Assembly (NCBI GenBank): GCA_035546035.1
Contig: DASZXC010000008.1
Location: 123,951-187,950 of the forward strand
Length of the DNA: 64,000 nucleotides
Reading direction: 5' to 3'
Origin: Minisyncoccota bacterium
GTDB taxonomy: Bacteria; Patescibacteriota; Minisyncoccia; Phycocordibacterales; UBA6065
Positions 18,233 through 27,198 of the stretch are shown in pieces (within the stretch, counting starts at the first letter, position 1; every line of letters begins with the position of its first letter). The translations under genes and the position numbers were made by a program. The notes below the pieces were generated by a model that saw only the letters and a list, made by a program, of their open reading frames with translations, was not told where the DNA came from and did not search any database.

Positions 18233-19996
18233 ATGAATTACGCCGTCCGGACGCCTCTCGCAGACAAACCAGCCGAACTCGGAGCTTTTTCGGACGTCGT
18301 CGCGAACCTCTTATACTCACGCGGCGTCAGGACGGCAGAAGACGCGGCGGCATTCCTTACCCCTGATTATGATTCCCATACGCACGATCCGTTCCTGATG
18401 CGCGATATGGACAAAGCGGTCGAGCGCGTCCATCGCGCCGTCAAAAATAACGAAAAGATCATCATATACAGCGACTATGACGCCGACGGCATACCGGGCG
18501 GAGTCGTTTTGCATGATGCCTTGAAGAAGATCGGTTATGACAATTTCGAAAATTACATCCCGCACCGCCACGACGAAGGGTTCGGCCTCAATTCCGGCGC
18601 GATCCAAGGATTCAAGGAAAGCGGCGCCAAGCTCCTCATCACCATAGATTGCGGCATCGCCGATTTGGAAGAGGTCGCTGAAGCGATGGGCGCGGGAATA
18701 GACGTCGTCGTGACCGACCATCATATGCCGCCGCTCGCCGAAGATGGGATAATGCAGAGATTGCCGGATGCATACGCGATTCTCAACCCGAAAGTGGCGT
18801 CGTGCGCGTATCCGGAGAAGATGCTCTGCGGTTCGGGCGTCGTCTTTAAATTCGTCCAGGCATTCTTCCGCAAGCACGGCGCTGAATTCGGCATAAAGCA
18901 GGACTGGGAGAAATGGTTCCTCGACATGGTGGGCATAGCGACGCTCTCCGATATGGTACCTTTGACCGGCGAGAACCGCACGCTCGCGTTCTATGGCCTT
19001 AAAGTACTGAAGAAGACCGCGCGGCCCGGCCTTTCCCAGCTTTTCAGGAAGCTGCGCGTAAAGCGCGAGTATATCTCCGAAGACGATGTCGGATTCACTA
19101 TAACTCCGCGCATCAATGCCGCGTCGCGGATGGGCGAACCGAAGGTCGCCTTTGATCTGCTGTCGACATCGGACGAAGCGCTGGCGGGCGCATATGCCGA
19201 CGCCCTCGAGCACGTGAACAACGAGCGTAAGGGGACCGTTGCCGCCTTGGTCAAAGAGGTCAAAAAGATATTAGCCGAGCGCGACATCGTCGATAAAAAA
19301 GCGATCGTCCTCGGAAATCCGGCCTGGAGGCCGTCGCTTTTGGGGCTTGTAGCCAATAGTTTGGCCGAAGAATACGGCAGGCCCGCATTCCTGTGGGGCA
19401 GGGACGGCGAAGGCGTCATCAAGGGCTCGTGCAGGTCGGGGAAGACGAATGCGTCAGGCGGTGCGGCGAGCGTCCTTGCCATCATGCAGAAGACGCCGGC
19501 TTCATTCATCGCATTCGGCGGCCACGGAGCGTCCGGAGGCTTTGAGGTTTCGAATGAAAGCGTTCATATGCTTGCCGAATCTCTCGAAAAAGCGGCTGAA
19601 GAGCTTTCGGCAGCGCACGCCGACGGAAATCCTGCTTTGGCGCAATCGGCGGTCGAGGTAGACGCGGTCATATCGCTCGAAGAAATCTCTTGGGACCTTT
19701 ATAAGGACATAGAAAAGCTCGCGCCGTTCGGCGTAGGCAATCCGAAGCCGATGTTCCTCGTAAAGGGAGCGTTCATTGACGCGGTGAAGTCGTTTGGCAA
19801 GGAAGGAAATCACACAGAACTCATCTTCCGCGACCTTGCGGGTAGGAAGATATCGGCGATCCAGTTTTTCTCGCCTACGGAATCGCTCCCGAAGCACGTC
19901 GCAGCGCAAAAGCCCGTAGACATCGTCGCTCATATAGAAAAATCGACGTTCAAGAATTATCCCGAACTGCGCCTGCGCATTGTTGATATACTCTAG
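18233..19996 (+). CDS. recJ: Single-stranded-DNA-specific exonuclease RecJ (DHH/DHHA1)
   Basis: DYDADG, VVTDHH and GGH motifs of DHH phosphoesterases. 587 aa with a C-terminal OB-like region. Confidence 0.85.
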   Translation: MNYAVRTPLADKPAELGAFSDVVANLLYSRGVRTAEDAAAFLTPDYDSHTHDPFLMRDMDKAVERVHRAVKNNEKIIIYSDYDADGIPGGVVLHDALKKIGYDNFENYIPHRHDEGFGLNSGAIQGFKESGAKLLITIDCGIADLEEVAEAMGAGIDVVVTDHHMPPLAEDGIMQRLPDAYAILNPKVASCAYPEKMLCGSGVVFKFVQAFFRKHGAEFGIKQDWEKWFLDMVGIATLSDMVPLTGENRTLAFYGLKVLKKTARPGLSQLFRKLRVKREYISEDDVGFTITPRINAASRMGEPKVAFDLLSTSDEALAGAYADALEHVNNERKGTVAALVKEVKKILAERDIVDKKAIVLGNPAWRPSLLGLVANSLAEEYGRPAFLWGRDGEGVIKGSCRSGKTNASGGAASVLAIMQKTPASFIAFGGHGASGGFEVSNESVHMLAESLEKAAEELSAAHADGNPALAQSAVEVDAVISLEEISWDLYKDIEKLAPFGVGNPKPMFLVKGAFIDAVKSFGKEGNHTELIFRDLAGRKISAIQFFSPTESLPKHVAAQKPVDIVAHIEKSTFKNYPELRLRIVDIL

Positions 19997-19998
19997 CC

Positions 19999-20685
19999 AT
20001 GTCCATCACTATATTCACCGACGGATCCTCCCGAGGGAATCCCGGCTCCGGCGGCTGGGGAGCTATCATCCGCACCGACGATGAGGTAACTGAATTGGGC
20101 GGCAGGGAGGAGAATACTACCAATAATCGCATGGAGCTTTCGGCAGCGATAAACTCCCTTGTATTTGTGAGCGAGAACAAGGTTGAGGGACCGATCGTCG
20201 TTCAAAGCGACTCGAAATACGTTATTCAGGGCATAACCGAATGGGTTTCGGGCTGGCAAAGGAACGGTTGGAAGACCGCAGGCAAAAAAGACGTGGGCAA
20301 TCGCGACCTTTGGGAAGCTCTGGCGTTCGCCGTGAAAGGTCTCTCTATACAATGGAAATATGTCGAAGGGCATGCGGGATATCCGGGCAACGAACGCTGT
20401 GACGAGATAGCGACATCCTGCGCCGATGGGCGCGATCCGGGTCTGTATCAAGGCGCTCGCAAACAGTACCCGATCGATCTCGATGCGAAGCCTGCCGCTG
20501 GGACGAAAAGACTATCGTCTTCGGCTCCCGCATATTCGTATCTGTCTCTCGTCGACGGCGTTTTGGAAAAGCATAAGACCTGGACCGAGTGCGAGGCTCG
20601 CGTCAAAGGCGTTCGCGGGGCGAAATTCAAGAAATCAGTGAGCGCCGTGGACGAAGCGGCTATCATTAAAGAGTGGGGGATGTAG
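19999..20685 (+). CDS. rnhA: Ribonuclease HI with C-terminal Cauli_VI-like hybrid-binding domain
   Basis: N-terminal 150 aa: IFTDGSSRGNPGSGGWGAII...NNRMEL...H...D catalytic RNase H fold. C-terminal 70 aa ..KTWTECEARVKGVRGAKFKKSVSAVDEAAIIKEW resembles the TW.EC...V.G..GA.FK.F....EA hybrid-binding (Cauli_VI) motif. Confidence 0.8.
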   Translation: MSITIFTDGSSRGNPGSGGWGAIIRTDDEVTELGGREENTTNNRMELSAAINSLVFVSENKVEGPIVVQSDSKYVIQGITEWVSGWQRNGWKTAGKKDVGNRDLWEALAFAVKGLSIQWKYVEGHAGYPGNERCDEIATSCADGRDPGLYQGARKQYPIDLDAKPAAGTKRLSSSAPAYSYLSLVDGVLEKHKTWTECEARVKGVRGAKFKKSVSAVDEAAIIKEWGM

Positions 20686-20710
20686 GGATCGGGAAATAGG
20701 CGGAAATAAA

Positions 20711-20746
20711 AGGCGGCGCGATTCTCATCGCGCCGCCTGGTTATTT
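20711..20746. terminator. Bidirectional hairpin between convergent rnhA and the hypothetical gene
   Basis: aggcggcgcg-attctcat-cgcgccgcct, a 10-bp GC stem, with T-runs nearby. Confidence 0.55.
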
Positions 20747-21085
20747 GAATGTCCGAGGTTCAGGGTCTTGGATGTACGGATCGTCGATCAATCCTGCGCA
20801 GAGCTGTTCGGAATAGCGCCTGTCTGTCACTGCCGGTTCGAGCTTCGCGAGCATATAGAAGTCGAACGCGCCGACTTCCGCCCGAAGGAGCCACTGGCCG
20901 TGAGGGCTTCCGATCTGGTGGGCCGGATCGGTATGCCATTTTTCGCGCTTTTTCCGGGCTTCGAGCCATTGCCTTCGCGCAGATTCGATTCTGTTCCGCC
21001 GCCGCTTATCCCACACCTCGAATATCGTCACCGCGATGATCAATATGGCGATCACGGATAGCAGTATCCATTCGATGGGCCTCAT
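20741..21085 (-). CDS. Small membrane protein, hypothetical
   Basis: 114 aa. N-terminal TM helix WILLSVIAILIIAVTIF then a basic stretch. Confidence 0.4.
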   Translation of the reverse strand: MRPIEWILLSVIAILIIAVTIFEVWDKRRRNRIESARRQWLEARKKREKWHTDPAHQIGSPHGQWLLRAEVGAFDFYMLAKLEPAVTDRRYSEQLCAGLIDDPYIQDPEPRTFK

Positions 21086-21165
21086 GATTCTTTTTCTACC
21101 TTACCATCGGGATTTTTTCTGCGCTACTTCACGTTTCCTTCATCTTCCTTCGATAAAGTTTCGGT

Positions 21166-22638
21166 ATGAAGAGCTTCGCATTCTATCTTTTATCCATATC
21201 TTTTTTCGCCGGAGTGCTCGCGGCGTCTTTTGTCGCTATGCCTTTTGCATTTCTCATATGCGGTGCGATCGCATGCGCGATTGTTCTGATACTGATGCGG
21301 GGCAGGCCGAAGCCTTTCCTATACACATGCTCCGTGCTCGTATGCATAGTCGGAGCTTTGCGATTCGGCGTTACTAAGAGCGACGATCATCCTCTGGATC
21401 AATATATAGGCAGAAAGACGACGGTTTCCGGCATCGTCTGCGCAGAGCCGGATCAAAAGGCGGACGGGCAGAGGTTTTGCTTTCAGCCTGAAAAGAGCCC
21501 TGACCGTATCGTCGTTTCCGCGTCAAAATTTCCCGGATATCGCTATGGGGACGAGCTTCTGATAACGGCGACGCTCAAATTGCCGGAGAATTTCGAGACG
21601 TTCGAAGGCGGCCCTGAATTCGATTACATCTCATATCTCGGCAAAGACGGCATCCGCTATAAAATGTCTTTTCCCAAAATAAAAAGGCTCGCTTCGGGAA
21701 AAGGGAATCCGATCGTTTCGGGGCTCATCGCCATCAAATCCGCTTTCATGGACCGGATACGCGATGCCTTGCCCGAACCGCAGTCGTCATTCGTCGGCGG
21801 ACTGCTTCTGGGCGAAAAGGGGGCTTTGCCCGAAGACGTAACGGAACATTTCCGCCGGTCGGGCTTGACGCATATACTCGTCCTTTCCGGCTCGAACGTA
21901 ACGGTTGTCGCCGAAAGCCTCCTGGCGGCTTTTTCTTTCCTGCCGAAAACGGCGGGAAGATCCGCGGGCGCCGTATCCGTCGTGCTTTTCGCCGTGATGA
22001 CGGGTGCATCCGCCACGACCGTGCGCGCGACGATCATGGCCCTTGTGCATTTATTCGCCGAAGGCATGGGCAGGCGATATGACGTCGTGCGGGCGCTCGT
22101 CCTTTCGGCATTTGTCATGCTCGTTCAGAATCCGCGCATACTGGCATTCGATATATCGTTCCAGCTCTCGTTCCTTGCGACGATAGCCGTTATATTCGTC
22201 GCACCTCTCATAAAAGAACGGCTCTCATTCATCCCTGAACGGTTCGGCATGCGCGAAACTCTTTCGATGACGATCGGAACGCAGATATTCACCCTGCCTT
22301 TCATCCTTTCCAAGATGGGCGAGATATCGGTCATAGCGCTCATACCGAATCTTCTAGTATTGCCGGGCGTCCCGTACGCCATGCTTGGAGGATTCGTACT
22401 GGGCATGGCCGGATTCATCGGCCATATCATTGCCGTACCCTTTGCATGGGCGACGAATCTGCTCCTTGTATACATGCTTAAGACGGTCGATGTGTTCGGT
22501 TCGCTCCCGTTCGCGACGATAAAGGCGCGCGGCTCCCTCTTCGGGGCGCCTCTCTTCGCGGTCTCTTACGCGATCTTCGCCGCGGTCCTTATTTTCCTGC
22601 GGAAGCGGCGTAATTCTCCTCAGCCGTCTGCCAATTGA
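21166..22638 (+). CDS. comEC: DNA internalisation competence protein ComEC/Rec2, membrane (competence) domain only
   Basis: Multi-TM protein with LTHILVLSGSNVTVV competence-domain motif and an N-terminal DUF4131-like region. No metallo-beta-lactamase domain in this ORF. Confidence 0.8.
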   Translation: MKSFAFYLLSISFFAGVLAASFVAMPFAFLICGAIACAIVLILMRGRPKPFLYTCSVLVCIVGALRFGVTKSDDHPLDQYIGRKTTVSGIVCAEPDQKADGQRFCFQPEKSPDRIVVSASKFPGYRYGDELLITATLKLPENFETFEGGPEFDYISYLGKDGIRYKMSFPKIKRLASGKGNPIVSGLIAIKSAFMDRIRDALPEPQSSFVGGLLLGEKGALPEDVTEHFRRSGLTHILVLSGSNVTVVAESLLAAFSFLPKTAGRSAGAVSVVLFAVMTGASATTVRATIMALVHLFAEGMGRRYDVVRALVLSAFVMLVQNPRILAFDISFQLSFLATIAVIFVAPLIKERLSFIPERFGMRETLSMTIGTQIFTLPFILSKMGEISVIALIPNLLVLPGVPYAMLGGFVLGMAGFIGHIIAVPFAWATNLLLVYMLKTVDVFGSLPFATIKARGSLFGAPLFAVSYAIFAAVLIFLRKRRNSPQPSAN

Positions 22639-23188
22639 GATTGACGAAGAAGTCTTCGACGTAATTCTTCTTGCCGGAAGGCTGATAGTCAGTCACGAAC
22701 GAATGCTCCCACATGTCGAGGGTCAGGATAGGGGACGCGTCTACGAGCTGGCCAAGGTGCTGTTCGTCCACCCAGCCGTTCACGAGGCGGCCGGTCTTCT
22801 TGTCGGCATAGAGCATTGCCCAGCCCACGCCGCGGGTCAAAGCGATCGCCTTGAATCGCGCGAGCCAGCCGTCGAACGAGCCCCATTCAGCCTCGATCTC
22901 GGAGCGGAGGATGCTTCCATCGGCAAGGGTCTTCGGACCGCCTTCGAAATGGGCGAAATAGTATTCATGGTTCCTCATGCCGCCCCATTCGAAGCCGAAG
23001 CGCCTCTGGAGTTCGCCAAGGGCATACGCGTTTTTCTCGGAATCCTTCGCCATCTCGTCTATCTTCTCGAGGATGAGGTTTACGTGCTTCACATAGCCGG
23101 AATAGAGCTTAAGGTGCTCTTCGATATTTTTGGCGCTGATGCCTTTGAGGGCAGGGATATTGAATTTCTTTTCTTCGAATTTCTTCAT
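22589..23188 (-). CDS. sod: Fe/Mn superoxide dismutase
   Basis: ..HH..YV..LN...., ..FGSGW-like GWAML.., and DMWEH..V.DYQ motifs. 199 aa. 3' end overlaps the comEC 3' end by 50 nt (convergent). Confidence 0.9.
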   Translation of the reverse strand: MKKFEEKKFNIPALKGISAKNIEEHLKLYSGYVKHVNLILEKIDEMAKDSEKNAYALGELQRRFGFEWGGMRNHEYYFAHFEGGPKTLADGSILRSEIEAEWGSFDGWLARFKAIALTRGVGWAMLYADKKTGRLVNGWVDEQHLGQLVDASPILTLDMWEHSFVTDYQPSGKKNYVEDFFVNLNWQTAEENYAASAGK

Positions 23189-23259
23189 AGTAGTGATGGT
23201 TATATTTTGATTATACGCTCTTCATCTTTATTTCATAGAGGGCCGATATATTCCTCTCT

Positions 23260-24153
23260 ATGGATATACGAATGGATACAAGGATAAGGACGGGAATCGT
23301 TTTCGGTTTCGCGATTTTGGTATGCGCCGTCTTCGTTCGGTTCTTTATCGCGCGTCCGCATGATGCCTGGCGAGCTTTCGTCGAAGATGGGCTTCTTCAT
23401 GTCTATTTCCTCGATATAGGGCAAGGCGACGCCATATATGTCCGCGCGCCTGACGGAAGCGACATGCTCGTAGACAGCGGCCCTTCGGCGGAAGTTTTGC
23501 GGGAGAAGCTCTCTGACGTCATGCCGCCCGGCGACAGGAAAATAGACGTCGTCGTCGAAACCCATCCCGATGCCGATCATATCTCCGGCTTCCCGGACAT
23601 TTTGGAGGATTTCGAGGTCGGATCATTCCTCGAGCCCGGCATCGGCTCGAAGAATTCTATCGATGACGAGATCAAAAAGCTTGTTTCGGAGAAAGGCATC
23701 CGCGATATCCGCGCGCGGAGAGGAGAGTCGTATAAAATCGGCCCGGACGTCTCGTTCAGGATCCTTTTTCCCGACGAAGACGTCTCGAATTATAAAGACA
23801 CGAATGAAGCCTCCATCGTAGCGGAGGTCGTCTACGCTTCGACGACGGTACTCCTCACAGGCGATTCCCCGAAGAAAATAGAGAATCATCTTATGAAGCT
23901 CGATGCGGCAGGCTTGAGAAGCGATATTCTGAAGCTCGGTCACCACGGATCGCGAACATCGTCGGGCAAAGCCTTCGTCCAAGCGGTGTCTCCCGCATAT
24001 GCCATCGTCTCTGCCGGAGAGGGGAACCGATACGGCCATCCTCACAAGGAAGTCCTGGATATTTTGCGGTCGCTCCATATTCCCGTGCTCCGAACTGATC
24101 GGGAAGGCACGATCGAATTCGTCAGCGACGGAAAAAGGGTTTGGCGAAAATGA
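23260..24153 (+). CDS. ComEC-type metallo-beta-lactamase domain protein (stand-alone C-terminal module of ComEC)
   Basis: N-terminal TM anchor, then HVYFLDIGQGDAIYV..., VETHPDADHISG, LKLGHHGSRTSS: the MBL module normally fused to ComEC. Confidence 0.75.
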   Translation: MDIRMDTRIRTGIVFGFAILVCAVFVRFFIARPHDAWRAFVEDGLLHVYFLDIGQGDAIYVRAPDGSDMLVDSGPSAEVLREKLSDVMPPGDRKIDVVVETHPDADHISGFPDILEDFEVGSFLEPGIGSKNSIDDEIKKLVSEKGIRDIRARRGESYKIGPDVSFRILFPDEDVSNYKDTNEASIVAEVVYASTTVLLTGDSPKKIENHLMKLDAAGLRSDILKLGHHGSRTSSGKAFVQAVSPAYAIVSAGEGNRYGHPHKEVLDILRSLHIPVLRTDREGTIEFVSDGKRVWRK

Positions 24154-24182
24154 AAAAACCCCGCTCCGGCGGGGTTTTTTCG
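24154..24182. terminator. Bidirectional intrinsic terminator between comEC-MBL (+) and rpmB (-)
   Basis: aaaaaaccccgc-tccg-gcggggtttttt, a perfect GC stem flanked by A-run and T-run. Confidence 0.8.
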
Positions 24183-24184
24183 CA

Positions 24185-24427
24185 TTAGATGATGCCTGCC
24201 TTCTTGAGAGTCGCGTACGCGCCGTTCTTATTGATGGTCTTGATGGCGCGAGTCGAAAGAGTGAGTCGGATAGACTTCTTCATCTCAGGGATATAGATCT
24301 TCTTCGGCTGAAGATTGAGGTGTCGGCGGACTTTTCCGGTAGGGTTGAACTGCGTCGCACGGGTGCGGTTCGAATATCCGCCTCCTACGAGGGACGTCCT
24401 TTTTGTGACTGGGCAGATTTTTGCCAT
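24185..24427 (-). CDS. rpmB: 50S ribosomal protein L28
   Basis: MAKICPVTKRTSLVGGGYSNRTRATQFNPTGKVRRHLNLQ... matches bL28. Confidence 0.85.
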   Translation of the reverse strand: MAKICPVTKRTSLVGGGYSNRTRATQFNPTGKVRRHLNLQPKKIYIPEMKKSIRLTLSTRAIKTINKNGAYATLKKAGII

Positions 24428-24435
24428 AGGCCGTC

Positions 24436-25101
24436 ATGCTATCATACGTATGTCTTTTCGCAAGCTTTTCGCTTTATATGGCCTTTCAATTCATATTTTC
24501 GCTTATCGTCCTTCTGTTCTCGGTCATCATCCATGAAGTAGCCCATGGATATGCGGCTTTGGCCCAAGGCGACCGCACCGCCGAATACGAAGGCCGCCTG
24601 ACGCTCAACCCGCTCAAGCATATAGACCCTGTCGGCACTATCATATTGCCCGCGCTGTCGCTGATGCTTCCGGGAAGCTTCCTCTTCGGCTGGGCCAAGC
24701 CCGTTCCGTTCAATCCGTACAACCTGCGCAATCAGCGTTGGGGCGAAGCGATCGTGGCGGCCGCCGGACCATTGTCCAATCTCGGGATAGCCTTCGTATT
24801 CGGATTGATCATCCGTTTCTATATAGCCCCGCAGGGCATGATCGCCGGTCCGGCGGCCGCGCTCTGCGCCATCATCGCTCTCGTGAATGTCACGCTCGCG
24901 ATATTCAATCTTATTCCCATACCGCCCCTCGACGGGTCAAAGATATTGAGCGCGATCCTCCCGCGATCGTGGATGCGCGTGCGCCAATCCATAGAGCGCC
25001 TCGGCTTTATCGGCGTGCTTATATTCCTCGTCTTCCTTTGGCCAATCTTCGAGCCGGTCATTCCCTGGCTCTTCCGCGTCATTACGGGGGTGTCGCTCTA
25101 G
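24436..25101 (+). CDS. Site-2-protease-like (M50 family) membrane zinc metallopeptidase
   Basis: HEVAHGY (HExxH) motif inside a TM helix. 221 aa, polytopic. Confidence 0.6.
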   Translation: MLSYVCLFASFSLYMAFQFIFSLIVLLFSVIIHEVAHGYAALAQGDRTAEYEGRLTLNPLKHIDPVGTIILPALSLMLPGSFLFGWAKPVPFNPYNLRNQRWGEAIVAAAGPLSNLGIAFVFGLIIRFYIAPQGMIAGPAAALCAIIALVNVTLAIFNLIPIPPLDGSKILSAILPRSWMRVRQSIERLGFIGVLIFLVFLWPIFEPVIPWLFRVITGVSL

Positions 25102-25129
25102 TCTTCTCGGCGTGCGTCGTTCGGTGTGA

Positions 25130-26056
25130 TTATACGCGGCTCCTCAATACTTTGAATTTGCCGTCATCGGCTATCGTTTCGGTCGGGCCTATATATTTTT
25201 CAAGCGTCCCTTCATATGCGAGGAACGAGTTCGCGACGATATAGCATTCGCCGCCCGGCTTCAAATGCTTCTTCGCTCCCGCGGCGAATCTCTCTATGAA
25301 TGAATAGTTCGTCTCGATGCCTGAATGGAACGGGGGATTGGATACGATGAGATCGAATCGGCCTTCGATCGATTCGAATGCGTCTGAATGAACGACTTGC
25401 GCGGCCAGTCCGTTCTTTTTCCTCGTCTCCTCGCTTGCATGCACAGCGATCATGCTCGTATCTGACATGGTCACATCTGCCGTCGGATTCGTCTCCTTGT
25501 ATACCGCGCCTATGATGCCTGCTCCGCAACCGATATCGAGGATAGAAGCTTTGTCGTATGGAATATTATCCAAGAGCAGCTTGGTCCCTTCATCCAATTC
25601 GCCTGCGCTGAAGACGCCGGGGATATTGGCGATGTCGAGCGTCAGATTTTTATATGAAAGCGAGAAGAACTTCAGAAAATCTCGCCACGTCTTGCCTGCG
25701 CCGAGTCTTTTATTGCGACCGACATAGAGCGCTGAATGGTTTCCGACGATCTTTCGGTCGACGGGGCCTATATTTTTCTCATACAGGTCTTTCGCCGACC
25801 TGATACCCGCATCGTTCGCGCCCGCGAGCACGATCAGGCCGTTTTCCGCGACCATTCCCGACACGAGAGCGAGCGTCATGTCTATTAGTCCCTTTGATTT
25901 AGGCAAGAACACGACCGCGCTCTGGGCAGCGGCGCCAGCAGCAGAGAACGCAGGCCTGAAGATATCGGCATCGCTCTCTATAAAAAGCGGTTCGACGAGG
26001 TCGAGCTCCTGGGCGTGCTTGCGGAATAGCTCATAGGGCTGATTGCCGGTTTTCAT
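25130..26056 (-). CDS. rsmC: Class I SAM-dependent rRNA (guanine-N2) methyltransferase, RsmC/RlmG-like
   Basis: PGVFSAGELDEGTKLLL, VLDIGCGAGIIG (motif I) and LIVSNPPFH (motif IV, N-methylation type). Confidence 0.7.
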   Translation of the reverse strand: MKTGNQPYELFRKHAQELDLVEPLFIESDADIFRPAFSAAGAAAQSAVVFLPKSKGLIDMTLALVSGMVAENGLIVLAGANDAGIRSAKDLYEKNIGPVDRKIVGNHSALYVGRNKRLGAGKTWRDFLKFFSLSYKNLTLDIANIPGVFSAGELDEGTKLLLDNIPYDKASILDIGCGAGIIGAVYKETNPTADVTMSDTSMIAVHASEETRKKNGLAAQVVHSDAFESIEGRFDLIVSNPPFHSGIETNYSFIERFAAGAKKHLKPGGECYIVANSFLAYEGTLEKYIGPTETIADDGKFKVLRSRV

Positions 26057-26250
26057 ACTGCAAATCTAGCATATCCCTGCTTTTATGCTTTTTCTTGCCC
26101 AAACTCTCTATTTATAGTAATCTCACGAGGCGTCCCAGATTTAAGTATCTGGCGCTATTTAACAGGGAAGAGGCGAGTAACGGCGCCGGACACTGAACAA
26201 CCTCGTCCGGAACCGCGAAGTCACCGCATCTTCCGTAACAAAACCAACGA

Positions 26251-26667
26251 ATGCCAACCATTCACCAGCTGGTGAAGCGAAACCGACGTTCCCTCAAAAG
26301 GAAGTCGAAGTCCGTCGCCCTCACCAAGAGCTTCAACGTGCTCAAGAACAAGCCTCGTTATTTCTATTCGCCGTTCAAGCGCGGCGTGTGCATCAAAGTG
26401 ACGACCAAGACCCCGAAGAAGCCTAACTCGGCAATCCGAAAGATCGCCCGCGTTCGACTCTCTAACGGTATGGAAGTCACCGCATACGTCCCAGGCATGG
26501 GCCACAACCTCCAGGAGCACTCTGTGGTGCTTCTCAAGGGCGGTCGCGTCAAAGACGTCGGTCTTCGATACTCCGTCGTCCGCGGCGTCCTCGACTCCGC
26601 AGGCGTGGAGACTCGTCGCAAAGGTCGCAGCCAGTATGGCACCAAGAGGCCAAAGGCGGCTAAATAA
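26251..26667 (+). CDS. rpsL: 30S ribosomal protein S12
   Basis: [13 protein letters not shown]...[13 protein letters not shown].. conserved uS12. Confidence 0.95.
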   Translation: MPTIHQLVKRNRRSLKRKSKSVALTKSFNVLKNKPRYFYSPFKRGVCIKVTTKTPKKPNSAIRKIARVRLSNGMEVTAYVPGMGHNLQEHSVVLLKGGRVKDVGLRYSVVRGVLDSAGVETRRKGRSQYGTKRPKAAK

Positions 26668-26695
26668 GCTTTATATTCCTTAAACCAACAATCCC

Positions 26696-27166
26696 ATGCG
26701 ACGCAAGATCAATATAAAGCGCGACCTCGCTCCAGACGTAAAATACCAGTCTGAAAAGGTCTCGAAGCTTATGAACTACATCATGTACGACGGCAAGAAG
26801 AACCAGGCCCGCACGAACGTGTACAAATGCTTCGAAATCATCAAAGAGAAGACCAAGTCTGAGAATCCTCTCGACGTCTTCGAGGCGGCTCTCAAGAATA
26901 CCGCTCCTAACGTAGAAGTACGCTCCCGACGCGTCGGCGGCGCCAACTATCAGGTCCCTGTCGAAGTCAGGCCGAAGCGCAAGGACGCTCTCTCTATCAA
27001 GTGGATCATAGACGCCGCTCGTTCGAAGAAGGGCGCGCCTATCTCCGCGAAGCTCGCTGACGAGATCATCGCCGCATCGAAGAACGAAGGCGAGGCGGTC
27101 AAGAAGCGTGAGAACACCCATAAGATGGCCGAAGCCAACAAGGCGTTCGCTCATTTCGCTTGGTAA
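26696..27166 (+). CDS. rpsG: 30S ribosomal protein S7
   Basis: uS7 conserved sequence. Position after rpsL. Confidence 0.95.
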   Translation: MRRKINIKRDLAPDVKYQSEKVSKLMNYIMYDGKKNQARTNVYKCFEIIKEKTKSENPLDVFEAALKNTAPNVEVRSRRVGGANYQVPVEVRPKRKDALSIKWIIDAARSKKGAPISAKLADEIIAASKNEGEAVKKRENTHKMAEANKAFAHFAW

Positions 27167-27198
27167 TTATCTAGTTCTTTTGTTCAATTAATTAATCT

